The notes beneath the pieces are model-generated. The model made no database searches. It was given only the letters and a program-made list of their open reading frames with translations, and was not told where the DNA came from. The position numbers and the translations under genes were made by a program. Source: Planctomycetota bacterium (GTDB lineage: Bacteria > Planctomycetota > UBA11346). From it: a DNA stretch of 61,786 nt. Where the stretch lies: positions 1 through 61,786 of the forward strand of contig REDP01000245.1 of assembly GCA_007693455.1 (NCBI GenBank). Reading direction: 5' to 3'. Shown here piece after piece: positions 36,200 through 45,500 of the stretch (position 1 is the stretch's first letter; the number at the start of each line of letters is the position of its first letter).

Positions 36200-37144
36200 T
36201 CAGGCCTTGACTACTGGTAGGAGACAGGTAAGAGCCTCGGCGTACGGGGCAAAAACGGCACTATGACCAGCGCCCACAGGGATCGTGGAATGGGCTCCAT
36301 CCAAATAGAGTCGCATGCCAGGGGCGGCGGCAGTAAGGCGGAGACAGTGAGGCGGCATCTGCACGCCACGAGTCAGGCGAAGGTCATCGGCGTTATTGCC
36401 ATCGCTGCGCTGTACCCGATCACGGGAAACCCGCGTGTGGAAGGGTTCGCGCACTTGGTAGAGTAAGGCTGGCTGGCAAGGATGGCAGGAGTGATGAAAG
36501 CCTGCGCTGGCAATCGCCGCAGTGGCTCCTGCAGCAGTGGCAATCCACACCCCTGAACTGTTATGGAGTTCGCTGGCTTCCTGATCCTCGCTGATTTGGT
36601 AGCGGGTCATCGCCGCAGGGTTCTTATTGGTAAAGAGGCAATCATTAATGATGGGGTAGGGGCCTTGGCCACTCACTTGCCCATCAGGGCCGTGAATGGT
36701 TACCTGTAAGCGCGGGAAATGCTCCAGCTGTTCTCTGCCCTTATGGTATGCATCCAGTGTGGGCTGAACCTGAGCCACGCTACAGCGGGTAAAATGTCCC
36801 ACCGAATGTCGCGGATCGGAGTTGACCGCAAGCAAGCGCTGTCCCGGATGCATCCACGCATGAATCCCGAAAACAGTGCCATCGCCGCCAACGCTGACGA
36901 TGCAGTCAGCACCAGCAATGTCCTCGGGAGTGCAGTCGCCTACCCAGCATTCATGGACGAGATGCTTGCCAATGGCGCTGCGTACCTGGTCTACCGTGCT
37001 ATGATGCTGGCGATGAGCCGCCAATAACTGTGCTTCATCAAAAACATGGGCGCGAATAAGCTGTCGTCGATCGCGTTCGCTCATACGCTCTAAGGCTGTG
37101 CGCTTGACCACCAAGAGAATGCGTGCCTGGCGTCTGGGGGGCAT
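36200..37144 (-). CDS. NAD kinase-like protein (divergent)
   Basis: VSVGGDGT motif, LLAVNSD...VGHFT (resembling GIN.G.LGFL), INDCLF, and SSGVWIATAAGATAAIASAGF (a degenerate TPTGSTAY..SAGG). Confidence 0.65.
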   Translation of the reverse strand: MPPRRQARILLVVKRTALERMSERDRRQLIRAHVFDEAQLLAAHRQHHSTVDQVRSAIGKHLVHECWVGDCTPEDIAGADCIVSVGGDGTVFGIHAWMHPGQRLLAVNSDPRHSVGHFTRCSVAQVQPTLDAYHKGREQLEHFPRLQVTIHGPDGQVSGQGPYPIINDCLFTNKNPAAMTRYQISEDQEASELHNSSGVWIATAAGATAAIASAGFHHSCHPCQPALLYQVREPFHTRVSRDRVQRSDGNNADDLRLTRGVQMPPHCLRLTAAAPGMRLYLDGAHSTIPVGAGHSAVFAPYAEALTCLLPVVKA

Positions 37145-37156
37145 GAAACGGCTCCT

Positions 37157-38326
37157 TTATCGCGGTTGCCAGCCTGTGAGCCAACTCCGCGCTTCGGCAT
37201 CGGCAGCGAGTATGTCTTCCAAGCTATGGCCGTATTTGGCGCTGCTCAGGGCATCAACGGCTTCAGCGATACCATGGGTGATATCGACAAAGCGAATGTC
37301 CTGGGCCAGGAAGCGCTCCACCGCCACTTCATTGGCGGCATTAAATATCACCGGCGCAATGCCCCCTAATTGTGCACAATGGCGTCCCAATTCTAGGGCA
37401 GGGAAACGCTTGTGGTCAGGCGTTTCAAAATCAAGACGTGCAATAGCCAATAGGTCCGGACAGGCTACTGGCCCACTACGATGGTAGGGCCAGGTCAGGG
37501 CATATTGAATCGGCGTGCGCATATCGGGGGCGCCCAACTGAGCCATGAGAGAACCATCAGCGAAGGCAACCAGGGAATGAATTATGCTTTGCGGATGGAC
37601 CACGACTTCAATCCGTGACACATCAATGGCAAAGAGGTGATGCGCCTCGATGACCTCTAATGCCTTATTCATCAGGGTGGCGGAATCGATGGTGATTTTT
37701 GCCCCCATGCTCCAGTTGGGATGGTTGAGGGCCTGCTCTACGGTGACCTGACTGAGATTATGGATGGTGCGAAACGGCCCACCCGAAGCGGTCAGTAGTA
37801 ACTGACTGATATCACTCTGGCGGTGATGTTCGAGGCATTGGAAGATGGCAGAATGCTCGCTATCCACGGGCAATAGGGTGGCACCATAGTGCATCGCCTC
37901 GGCGGTGATGAGTTCGCCCGCCATAACCAGGGGCTCTTTATTGGCAATTGCCACACGCTTGCCAGAGCGCACTGCCGCAAGCGTAGGTTCTAAGCCAGCC
38001 CCGCCAACAATAGCCGTCACTACGGTTGGGCAGTGTTCATCGCCTGCCGCTTCACACAGGGCAGCTGCTCCTCCGCACACCTCAATGTGCGGCTGGTCAG
38101 CAAGCAGGCCGCGTAATCGTCCCACATCTTCGCCGCGTGCGCACACTACCCGTTGCACGCCATGGACACGAGCCTGCTCAGCAAGTGCCTCAAGGCGTGT
38201 ATGCGCGGTAAGAGTGTGTACGGGAATGCTGAGGTGGCGAGCAACGTCAAGGGTGCTCACCCCAATGGAACCAGTGCTGCCCAGTACACACAGTGGGCGG
38301 TGTTGATGGGCATCGCGGTCGATCAT
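37157..38326 (-). CDS. dxr: 1-deoxy-D-xylulose 5-phosphate reductoisomerase
   Basis: LGSTGSIGVSTLDV NADPH-binding start; ANKE and DSEHSA-type blocks (VDSEHSAIFQC). Confidence 0.93.
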   Translation of the reverse strand: MIDRDAHQHRPLCVLGSTGSIGVSTLDVARHLSIPVHTLTAHTRLEALAEQARVHGVQRVVCARGEDVGRLRGLLADQPHIEVCGGAAALCEAAGDEHCPTVVTAIVGGAGLEPTLAAVRSGKRVAIANKEPLVMAGELITAEAMHYGATLLPVDSEHSAIFQCLEHHRQSDISQLLLTASGGPFRTIHNLSQVTVEQALNHPNWSMGAKITIDSATLMNKALEVIEAHHLFAIDVSRIEVVVHPQSIIHSLVAFADGSLMAQLGAPDMRTPIQYALTWPYHRSGPVACPDLLAIARLDFETPDHKRFPALELGRHCAQLGGIAPVIFNAANEVAVERFLAQDIRFVDITHGIAEAVDALSSAKYGHSLEDILAADAEARSWLTGWQPR

Positions 38327-39405
38327 GCGCAGACCTCATCAAGGGCTTGAAACAAGCGTGCCTGATCTTCTGGGGTGCCGACGGTAATGCGTAGACATTC
38401 GCGCAATTGCGGCCGATCCCACCAGCGCAAAAGTATGCCGCGTGCTTTCAATGCGCGATAGATGGATTCGGCCTGCGGTCCCACGTGACATAACAGAAAA
38501 TTTGCGCAACTGGGGGGCCAGGTCCAGCCTCGTTTTCGGACATCGGCCATTAAATCCTCTCGTGCCGCCAGAGTATCCTCCACCAGTTGCTGATGATAGT
38601 CCTGATCGCGGATGGCAGCCAAGCCCACTGCCTGGGTTAAAGCATTGACATTATAACTGTCTTTTACCTTGCAGAATTGGGCAATTATTTCTGGATTACC
38701 CAGGCAGAATCCCAGCCGCGCGCCGGCCAAGGCATACGATTTTGAACAGGTACGTAGGACCAGCATATTGCTATGGGTAAGCAACGCCGGAATACAGGAA
38801 CTATCGGCCGTGGCATAATCAATATAAGCCTCATCCACTACCACCACACTCTGCGGCAGGGCCTCAGCCAAGGCCACGAGCTCCTGCACGCTCACCATGG
38901 TAGCCGATGGATTATTGGGGTTGGCGACCAAGATTAATCGCGGGGCGGCCGCAATGAACTCCTGGATGGGCAACTGCCAATGATCCTGCCATGCCACGTG
39001 CAGCATTTCCACACCCTGAATGGATGCCAAAGTATCATAGAGACCATACGTTGGCCAAGGAACCGCAACCCGATCGCCAGGCCGCAACACACTGCGGTAA
39101 ATCATAGTCAGACAGTCGTCTGAGCCATTGCCAGCAACAATGCCATTGGCTGGATGGCCCCACAAAGCTGCAGCAGCCTCGCGCAAGGCATGACTCATGG
39201 GATCGGGATAGAGGCGCATAGACTCACCGCTGAGCTGGGAGAGGCAGGCTTGCACCGCCGGACTGGGAGGCCAAGCGCACTCATTGGTGTTGAGTTTCAA
39301 ACAATCATTCACCTGCTCACCAGGGGTGTACCCCTGCATGGCCAGGACATCATCGCGCAGAAGTGCCGCTACCGCAGCCCGCTGCAAAGAGGGGATTTCA
39401 GACAT
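38323..39405 (-). CDS. hisC: Histidinol-phosphate aminotransferase
   Basis: Class-II aminotransferase pattern (LNTNECAWPPSP, NPNNPS, SKSYALAG with PLP lysine). 4-nt overlap with dxr. Confidence 0.9.
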   Translation of the reverse strand: MSEIPSLQRAAVAALLRDDVLAMQGYTPGEQVNDCLKLNTNECAWPPSPAVQACLSQLSGESMRLYPDPMSHALREAAAALWGHPANGIVAGNGSDDCLTMIYRSVLRPGDRVAVPWPTYGLYDTLASIQGVEMLHVAWQDHWQLPIQEFIAAAPRLILVANPNNPSATMVSVQELVALAEALPQSVVVVDEAYIDYATADSSCIPALLTHSNMLVLRTCSKSYALAGARLGFCLGNPEIIAQFCKVKDSYNVNALTQAVGLAAIRDQDYHQQLVEDTLAAREDLMADVRKRGWTWPPSCANFLLCHVGPQAESIYRALKARGILLRWWDRPQLRECLRITVGTPEDQARLFQALDEVCA

Positions 39406-39460
39406 GCGCGCAGACTATCAGTCGCCACCGTTCGACAATAGAAGGCTCCCCCGTCCTACC

Positions 39461-39570
39461 TCCACTCAAGGGCCTCTCCCCCAGCCGCGAAGAAGAAAAA
39501 CCCACGCAGGGGGATGTCCGCAGAGGGTGACGGTCGGTTTTCCTTTTTTCCGCGGCCCCGCGGGATAATC
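39461..39570 (+). repeat. Copy A of a ~110-120-bp intergenic repeat
   Basis: Aligns with 40849-40971. The core CTCTCCCCCAGCCGCGA(A/T)GAAGAAAAACCCACGCAGGGGGATGTCCGCAG is nearly identical in both copies, in the same orientation. Confidence 0.7.
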
Positions 39571-39788
39571 ATCCAACCCTCGGAGATAGCCCGCCAACGA
39601 GGATCTCTCGCCAAGGTGCAAAGACCGCAAAGGTACAACGCACTATGCTTAATCGTCTCCCTGCGCAGGCTTCTTAACGCCCTTGGTGAGCGAAAAAAAT
39701 ACAGCCTAGATCTCGGTTGAGAGCTTAGGGTTGGCTCGCAGGGGCTACTCTGTGGACGATACTGTGGCGGTCATCGGTAGGTATCCCC

Positions 39789-40682
39789 TCAAAGGCTAGG
39801 TTTTTGCAGTTTGACCAAAGCCTCATCGTACATGCCCTGGGGAATGTCGCCTTCGGCGAGCCATTCAGCCAACTGGGCACGGGCGATGTCTGGGGTGACG
39901 ATGCCTTTGTTGACGAGCGATAATAAGGCGTGGATTTCGCCTTCGGCCTTACCTTCGGCTTTACCTTCGGCGCGGAAGTCTTCTTTGAGGAGATCGACAA
40001 CACTGGTCATTTCAGGATCCTCCCGAAGGTGGCGGCGGAAACGGTCTGCCTGTTGATGGTTTAGTCTAGCAAGTTTTTCCATATGTGCAATTAAGAGGGC
40101 GATTTCATCACTGGGCCATGATGCTTGAATGCCCTTGAGTTTGCGTACTGACTCGGCGCAGCGTTCTACCGGATCGCCAATATTGGCCACCACCCACAAA
40201 ACCGTGGCCACCACGTTTTTACGAATGGCCAGGGATGTGCGCCAGTCCAAATTGACATGCGCCAAGTGAAAGTGGACATCAAACACCGTTTGCCCACCGA
40301 TGGCATAATGAAAGCGATCAGCCACCTCAGCCAAGGAAGGATCCGTTACCAGCAGGATCGGCAGCACCAAGGATTGGGGGTGGCGGCACAGGAGTTCAAT
40401 CACATAACGGCAGGTTCGGCGATAATCCACGCCACGACGTAGAGACCAATGTTCGATCAGCAGGAGGATGTGTTCACTGCCATCGGCAAAAGAACACTTC
40501 AGGGCAACATCAAGAAAGCCGCCGTGGGCCTTGTCGACATCCAGGGGGAAGATTTCCGTGCTCACGGACTCGATACCCTGTGCTGGTCCATGCTCGCGGA
40601 TCAGATCAGGGGCAAAGAGCTCTAGGGTGGCCTGAGGGTAGCGGGTGAGCAGTTGCTTGGCATGGGGATCTTGGGCTGCCAT
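39789..40682 (-). CDS. Rpn-family PD-(D/E)XK recombination-promoting nuclease / putative transposase-like protein
   Basis: N-terminal nuclease-like core (FLDVALKC...EHILLLIEHWS). C-terminal helical tail resembling the DUF4351-type end (AEGKAEGKAEGEIHALLSLVNKGIV...). Recognition is by pattern only. Confidence 0.65.
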   Translation of the reverse strand: MAAQDPHAKQLLTRYPQATLELFAPDLIREHGPAQGIESVSTEIFPLDVDKAHGGFLDVALKCSFADGSEHILLLIEHWSLRRGVDYRRTCRYVIELLCRHPQSLVLPILLVTDPSLAEVADRFHYAIGGQTVFDVHFHLAHVNLDWRTSLAIRKNVVATVLWVVANIGDPVERCAESVRKLKGIQASWPSDEIALLIAHMEKLARLNHQQADRFRRHLREDPEMTSVVDLLKEDFRAEGKAEGKAEGEIHALLSLVNKGIVTPDIARAQLAEWLAEGDIPQGMYDEALVKLQKPSL

Positions 40683-40848
40683 AATAAGTCAATATGAACC
40701 CTTTTTGCGCGTGTCAAGAATTGCTTTGCCAGAAGTGAATTCACTTTAAGCCCCTGAGGGAGTAAGAACGTCAGGACCCTCGGTAATGCGCAAAGAGCGC
40801 AGGGGCTGATGGAGATAGCGGAACTCACTGACATCGGGGACGTTGAGC

Positions 40849-40971
40849 CCACTCTCAAGAGCTCTCTCCCCCAGCCGCGATGAAGAAAAACCCACGCAGG
40901 GGGATGTCCGCAGCGGGGGACGGTCGGTTTCCCTCTTTTCTTGCGCCTCCGTAGCCCTGCGGGGCAATAAT
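40849..40971 (+). repeat. Copy B of the ~110-120-bp intergenic repeat
   Basis: See copy A. Together they bracket the Rpn-like gene as direct repeats. Confidence 0.7.
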
Positions 40972-41111
40972 TATGCAGGCCCAAGACATAGCCAACATAA
41001 TACGTATCGCTGTTGTGGGTGGATAGTCGCAGCCAAGCCAACTATTGTTAAGCTTGCGCAAGCAGGGTCTTGACTGTCGGTGGCTAGCGGTCCAATCATA
41101 GGAGGTGACGC

Positions 41112-41780
41112 ATGGTTGCCCGCGTTATGTTATTAGGAGCAGGTATGTCTTTTATCGACCGTCTTAAATCCATTGGCGTGGTTGCCGTGATTCGCGGCCG
41201 CAGTGCCGATCACGCGGTGGAAACCGCGCAGGCACTCATTCGCGGCGGGATGGTTGGTATTGAGATGACCTTCACTACCCCCGATTGTCTCGAGGCGGTC
41301 AAACGTTTGCGCGATAGCAGCGATGACTCGGTCTGCATTGGCGTGGGGTCGGTGCGCAGCGTCGAGCAGATAGAAGCATCAGCGGCCTTAGGGGTATCCT
41401 TTGCCGTGAGTCCTCATTTTGAGCCAGAGTTAATGATTGCTGCTCTTGAAGCCAATCTTCCCTATATGCCTGGCGGTATTACGCCAACTGAAATCGTGCA
41501 ATGCTGGGATAGTGGCGCTGCGGCGGTGAAGATCTTCCCTGCCAATCTGGTGAACCCCGCCTATGTGAGTGCCATTGCCGCGCCCTTGCCGGATGTTCCC
41601 CTTATGCCCACTGGTGGTATTGCTCCCGATAATTTCCTGCCCTGGCTTGAAGCGGGAGCCGTGGCGGTAGGGATGGGTGGCGCCTTACTGAAAGGATCGC
41701 TGGATGAAATTGAGGCCTCAGCTCGCCTGGTAAGTCAGCAACTCGCAGCCTTTCAAGAGCTGCGTGGCAATGGTAGCTAG
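41112..41780 (+). CDS. eda: KDPG/KHG aldolase
   Basis: VVAVIRG, GMVGIEMTFTTP, PGGITPTE and VKIFPA blocks. Both ATG 41112 and ATG 41145 have good SD sequences, so the start is ambiguous. Confidence 0.85.
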   Translation: MVARVMLLGAGMSFIDRLKSIGVVAVIRGRSADHAVETAQALIRGGMVGIEMTFTTPDCLEAVKRLRDSSDDSVCIGVGSVRSVEQIEASAALGVSFAVSPHFEPELMIAALEANLPYMPGGITPTEIVQCWDSGAAAVKIFPANLVNPAYVSAIAAPLPDVPLMPTGGIAPDNFLPWLEAGAVAVGMGGALLKGSLDEIEASARLVSQQLAAFQELRGNGS

Positions 41781-41898
41781 CCTTCACTTAGCATACGGCA
41801 AGGGGTATCATCCCCCCTAAAAAAAACCTTGGGTGGCTCCAGTAAGATGTGGTAAATCCCTCATTTCCCATCTTGGTGGCATTGTAGTCTAGGTATCT

Positions 41899-43680
41899 AT
41901 GTTTGATACCATTCTTGGACTGCTTGTGGTGTTCGCGATCATTGCTGCCGTTGCCTCGGCGGTGGTGGAATTATGGGTGCGCATATGGGGCCTGCGGATG
42001 CGCAATCTGCGCGCCGCCCTTATCGATCTTCTGGATGCTCAGTCCCAAGTTTCGTCCCAGTGTTGCGAACGGCAGGCTGCCATACGGCTGACGGATGCGA
42101 TGTTGTCTGCCTATCGCCGTGAACGGGCCTTGGATGTCATTCCTGGATCCATGCCGCCTGAAGTGTTCGCACGATTGTTGCTGCGTCTGGGTGAAATGCA
42201 TCCGCCAGTACTGCGCCGCCATCTTGCTGATATTACCCAAGGCGCAGATGATCCCCATGTCGCTCTTGCCCAGTGGTTTGCCACCGCAATGGAAGAGGTT
42301 AGCGCGCGCTGGCGTTGGCGTACGCGCCTGCGTTTAGCCGTGGCGGGAATCGTCCTGGCGATTGTGGGGAATGTTGACGCCATTTTTCTGTTTCGGTTTA
42401 TGCTCAACGATCATTCTGCGGTAGCCACCGTTGTTCAGCGTGTCAAAGAGGCCATTCCTGATGGTATAGAGCACGGCGATCTTGCTCAAAGCGCACAGCT
42501 ATGGCTCTTTCTCATGCACTTCCCGGTGGGATGGCCGCCAGCGGCATGGCACTGGGCGGTGCCCCTTGGCTGGTTGCTCACTGGTGTGGCCGCAAGCTTG
42601 GGCGCTCCATTTTGGTGGGATCTTCTGCGCAGTATGCTGCGTGTCCGTGGCCACAGGGCAGCGCCCATGTCCCATGCTCCTCGGCAAAGGGAAAGTGTGG
42701 TGCAGGGGACAGTCAATCCAGTGGCACCATCCCTCCCCGATATCGAGCCAGTGCGCCAGGCCCTCGCACATTGGCAGGATCCCGCTGCCCGCGCAGTCGT
42801 CCTGGCAGCCTGCAGTGCCGTAGTCTATGCCCCGCCATGGCAGGCTGATGCCTGGTGGCAGGAGTTGGGCGTGAAGGTTGCCCCTTTTGCTGATACGGGT
42901 GTTGGAACCCAGGGCGCGGTTTTGGATGTCGGCCCCAGCCTGGTCGTGGTTTTTCGCGGGACCGAAATGCGCGCTGAGGACTGGGCCACTGATGCACGCT
43001 TTGTCCTCACCCAGCCCCAATGGTTGGCAGCCGCAGCAGTGCGTCAGCCCTCGCATGTAGGGTGGTGGCTACGACTGCGTAACTGGTGGCGGCGTACGCG
43101 CGGCGATCTTCCCCTTGTTGATACCCGCGTTGGTGAGCCAGCGATTCACAGTGGCTTTAGTGAAGCGCTCTCGGATGTCCTGTATCGTCACCTCCATCAG
43201 CTGGTGCGGGATATGCGTACAGATAACCACCCCCCAGGGTGTATATGGACCGGCCACAGCCTTGGAGGTGCCTTGGCGACCCTGGCAGCAGCCCGCTGCG
43301 TACTCAAAGGAACCCCTGTGCAGGAAGTCTCTACCTTTGGTCAACCTCGCGTGGGTAACGCGGCATTTGCGGCGTGGTATCAACGGCAATTGGGGGCAGT
43401 GCACTACACCTATGCCGGTGTCCACGACCCCGTGAGTTTGCTGCCGCCCGTAGTTATGGGGTACGCCCCAGTGGGACAGCTTCGTTTACTGCATGCGTCT
43501 GGAAGTGTTGAGTCCACACCGCCACTCTGGTATCAGCACCTTGCCCAGGGTACAGCTTTGTGGCATGACGGGAGTGATGCCTTGCAAGATGGTGCAGCCG
43601 CTCATGGCATCAATGCTACCCTTGACCAACTCATGGCATGGTGGGATACTCAGCAGCGAGGAGTACCAGCGACATCATGA
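41899..43680 (+). CDS. Membrane-anchored class-3 (fungal-type) lipase / alpha-beta hydrolase
   Basis: N-terminal ~250 aa with 3-4 hydrophobic helices ending APFWWDLL. C-terminal blocks LVVVFRGT, IHSGF, GHSLGG (nt 43252-43269), FGQPRVGN, HDPVSLLPP. Confidence 0.8.
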   Translation: MFDTILGLLVVFAIIAAVASAVVELWVRIWGLRMRNLRAALIDLLDAQSQVSSQCCERQAAIRLTDAMLSAYRRERALDVIPGSMPPEVFARLLLRLGEMHPPVLRRHLADITQGADDPHVALAQWFATAMEEVSARWRWRTRLRLAVAGIVLAIVGNVDAIFLFRFMLNDHSAVATVVQRVKEAIPDGIEHGDLAQSAQLWLFLMHFPVGWPPAAWHWAVPLGWLLTGVAASLGAPFWWDLLRSMLRVRGHRAAPMSHAPRQRESVVQGTVNPVAPSLPDIEPVRQALAHWQDPAARAVVLAACSAVVYAPPWQADAWWQELGVKVAPFADTGVGTQGAVLDVGPSLVVVFRGTEMRAEDWATDARFVLTQPQWLAAAAVRQPSHVGWWLRLRNWWRRTRGDLPLVDTRVGEPAIHSGFSEALSDVLYRHLHQLVRDMRTDNHPPGCIWTGHSLGGALATLAAARCVLKGTPVQEVSTFGQPRVGNAAFAAWYQRQLGAVHYTYAGVHDPVSLLPPVVMGYAPVGQLRLLHASGSVESTPPLWYQHLAQGTALWHDGSDALQDGAAAHGINATLDQLMAWWDTQQRGVPATS

Positions 43681-44831
43681 ATGCCCAGCAGCAACGCATG
43701 CAACGCGCCGCACAAATGGCTCTGGCCGAACCCCAGCCATTGGACCCCCATCGTCGCTCTGTTCCAGTGCAACGTTTTTCCGAACAGTTGCGAGAGCAAA
43801 TCGTTGGTCAACGACAAGCCATTACCAGTATCCTGGACGGATTTTCCCGCGTGGTAGCTGGTATCCGCGATCGCGAGCGGCCCATTCTCACCCTCCTCCT
43901 TCTCGGCCCCACGGGAGTCGGTAAAACGGAAACGGTTAAGGCCCTGGCATCAACTGTATTTGGTCGTCGTGATGCATTCGTGCGGATTAACTGTCAAGAA
44001 TTTGCCAACGAAGGAGCAGTGGCGAAACTCTTTGGGGCACCTCCAGGCTATGTTGGATCAGAGGTGGACCCTCTTTTGTCGCAGGATCGCCTTGATTCTC
44101 ATCACCGTCGTGCGCGTGATGAGAAACGTGGGGTATTTGCCGATGGCGAAGGACGCATTGCTAAAATCTTTCCACAGGAAGAGCACGACTATCTTTCTAT
44201 TATTCTCTTTGATGAGGTGGAAAAGGCGCACCCTACGGTATGGAATGCCCTACTGGGTCTTATGGATGATGGGCATCTTACCCTGGGCAATAACGAGACC
44301 GTGGATTGCACCCGTTCCATCGTTATCATGACCACCAATGTGGGCGCCGAGGCCATGGCGCATACTCTGCAATCGCGGCAAGTGGGTTTTGATTTACCGC
44401 AAAACGACGTTGATGGCATGCATCGTGATCTTGCGCAGCAAGCCGTTAATGCCGCCAAAGAACACTTTCCCTATGAGTTTGTCAATCGTTTTGATGATGT
44501 TATCTGCTTCCGTGCCCTCACTCGCGAGGACTGTGCAGACATTCTTGATCGCATGCTGCAGGGGGTCTACCATCGCCTGCTGGCGGCAGAGGTGCCAATC
44601 ATTCTTCATCCCAGCAAGGCATTTCGTTCCTTTCTTCTGAGCAAAGGCTATGATCCCGTATTTGGTGCGCGTCCCTTGCGTCGAACCGTTGAAAACGAGT
44701 TGGTGGCACCGTTGGCGCGCCTCATCGCCTCAGAGCAAATTCTTCCCGGGCAAGTGATTGCCGTTGGCTTACGCCGTGGCCACCCCACGTTTCGCATCGA
44801 AGGCCCGCGCAGTGGCGGTATCGTCGTGTAG
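43677..44831 (+). CDS. Stand-alone ClpA/ClpB D2-type AAA+ ATPase (single ring, no N/D1/M domains)
   Basis: ATG 43677 overlaps the upstream TGA (ATGA). Walker A GPTGVGKT (43905-43928), GYVG pore loop, Walker B ILFDEVEKAH, sensor-2 GARPLRR, D2-small domain. Confidence 0.85.
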   Translation: MNAQQQRMQRAAQMALAEPQPLDPHRRSVPVQRFSEQLREQIVGQRQAITSILDGFSRVVAGIRDRERPILTLLLLGPTGVGKTETVKALASTVFGRRDAFVRINCQEFANEGAVAKLFGAPPGYVGSEVDPLLSQDRLDSHHRRARDEKRGVFADGEGRIAKIFPQEEHDYLSIILFDEVEKAHPTVWNALLGLMDDGHLTLGNNETVDCTRSIVIMTTNVGAEAMAHTLQSRQVGFDLPQNDVDGMHRDLAQQAVNAAKEHFPYEFVNRFDDVICFRALTREDCADILDRMLQGVYHRLLAAEVPIILHPSKAFRSFLLSKGYDPVFGARPLRRTVENELVAPLARLIASEQILPGQVIAVGLRRGHPTFRIEGPRSGGIVV

Positions 44832-44930
44832 CATGTGACCTTCCTTTGATGCTAAGAAGATCAGTGGTGACTGCCATGGCCCACGGCAGCTCGCATATAC
44901 TCGTTGGCTTGGGGGTGCTTGCCGCACTTC

Positions 44931-45284
44931 TTACTCTTCATCTTCTTGCGGTAATTGTTTACTGGCTGCGACGCTTGCCTGCGGCCCCGAATCCTCTGTG
45001 AGTGAGGTTTTGGGGGCGCCCTCAAGGTTGGTTGTATGCAGTCGCCTGAGGCGCATGATCAGAATAATACTGCTGCAAAGGATGGCCGTGCATGCGGCGC
45101 CAGCCAGGAGTAACCAGCGACCGAAGCTGGCCACATTATCTTGCTCCTGATGGACGCCCTGAGACCAGGCGCTATACCCTGCGGCAAGCACGAGGATAGT
45201 GAAGAGCAGCATACCCAACCAGGCCACAATGAGCAGGCAACCCCAGAGACCAGAGCGTGCAGGTGGTGACGTCTTGGGATGCAT
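44931..45284 (-). CDS. Small 2-TM membrane protein, acidic C-terminus
   Basis: Start taken at MHPKTSPP (GGAGG ~10 nt upstream); the ORF extends to 45335. Two hydrophobic helices. No recognisable motifs. Confidence 0.45.
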   Translation of the reverse strand: MHPKTSPPARSGLWGCLLIVAWLGMLLFTILVLAAGYSAWSQGVHQEQDNVASFGRWLLLAGAACTAILCSSIILIMRLRRLHTTNLEGAPKTSLTEDSGPQASVAASKQLPQEDEE

Positions 45285-45500
45285 GGGTGAGACACCTCCA
45301 AGGAGACGAAGGTAGGGGAGATCAGAGGGAGTCAAAGCTCACCAAGGAGAAGGCATTCCCGCTTCGCGGGGCATGAGGTCAAAAACGCCCTATTCAGAGC
45401 AACCTTGCTCGACGATCCGGAAATCTGCGGTTCCGGGGCCAAGCTTTGCGCCGCCCTATGGGGGAGAGGCAGCCCTTGGTTTCCCCATCATTCAGGGAAT

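Noticed and set aside
39930-39975. 12-bp tandem repeat inside the Rpn-like gene (encodes AEGKAEGKAEG)
   Set aside because: It is a short in-frame coding microsatellite with only ~2.5 units. It is noted under the Rpn finding but is not independently meaningful.
41781-41898. GGGGTATCATCCCC hairpin followed by A8 after eda, considered as a terminator
   Set aside because: The homopolymer is A-rich on the eda strand, and on the opposite strand the T-run precedes the stem. Neither orientation gives a canonical intrinsic terminator.
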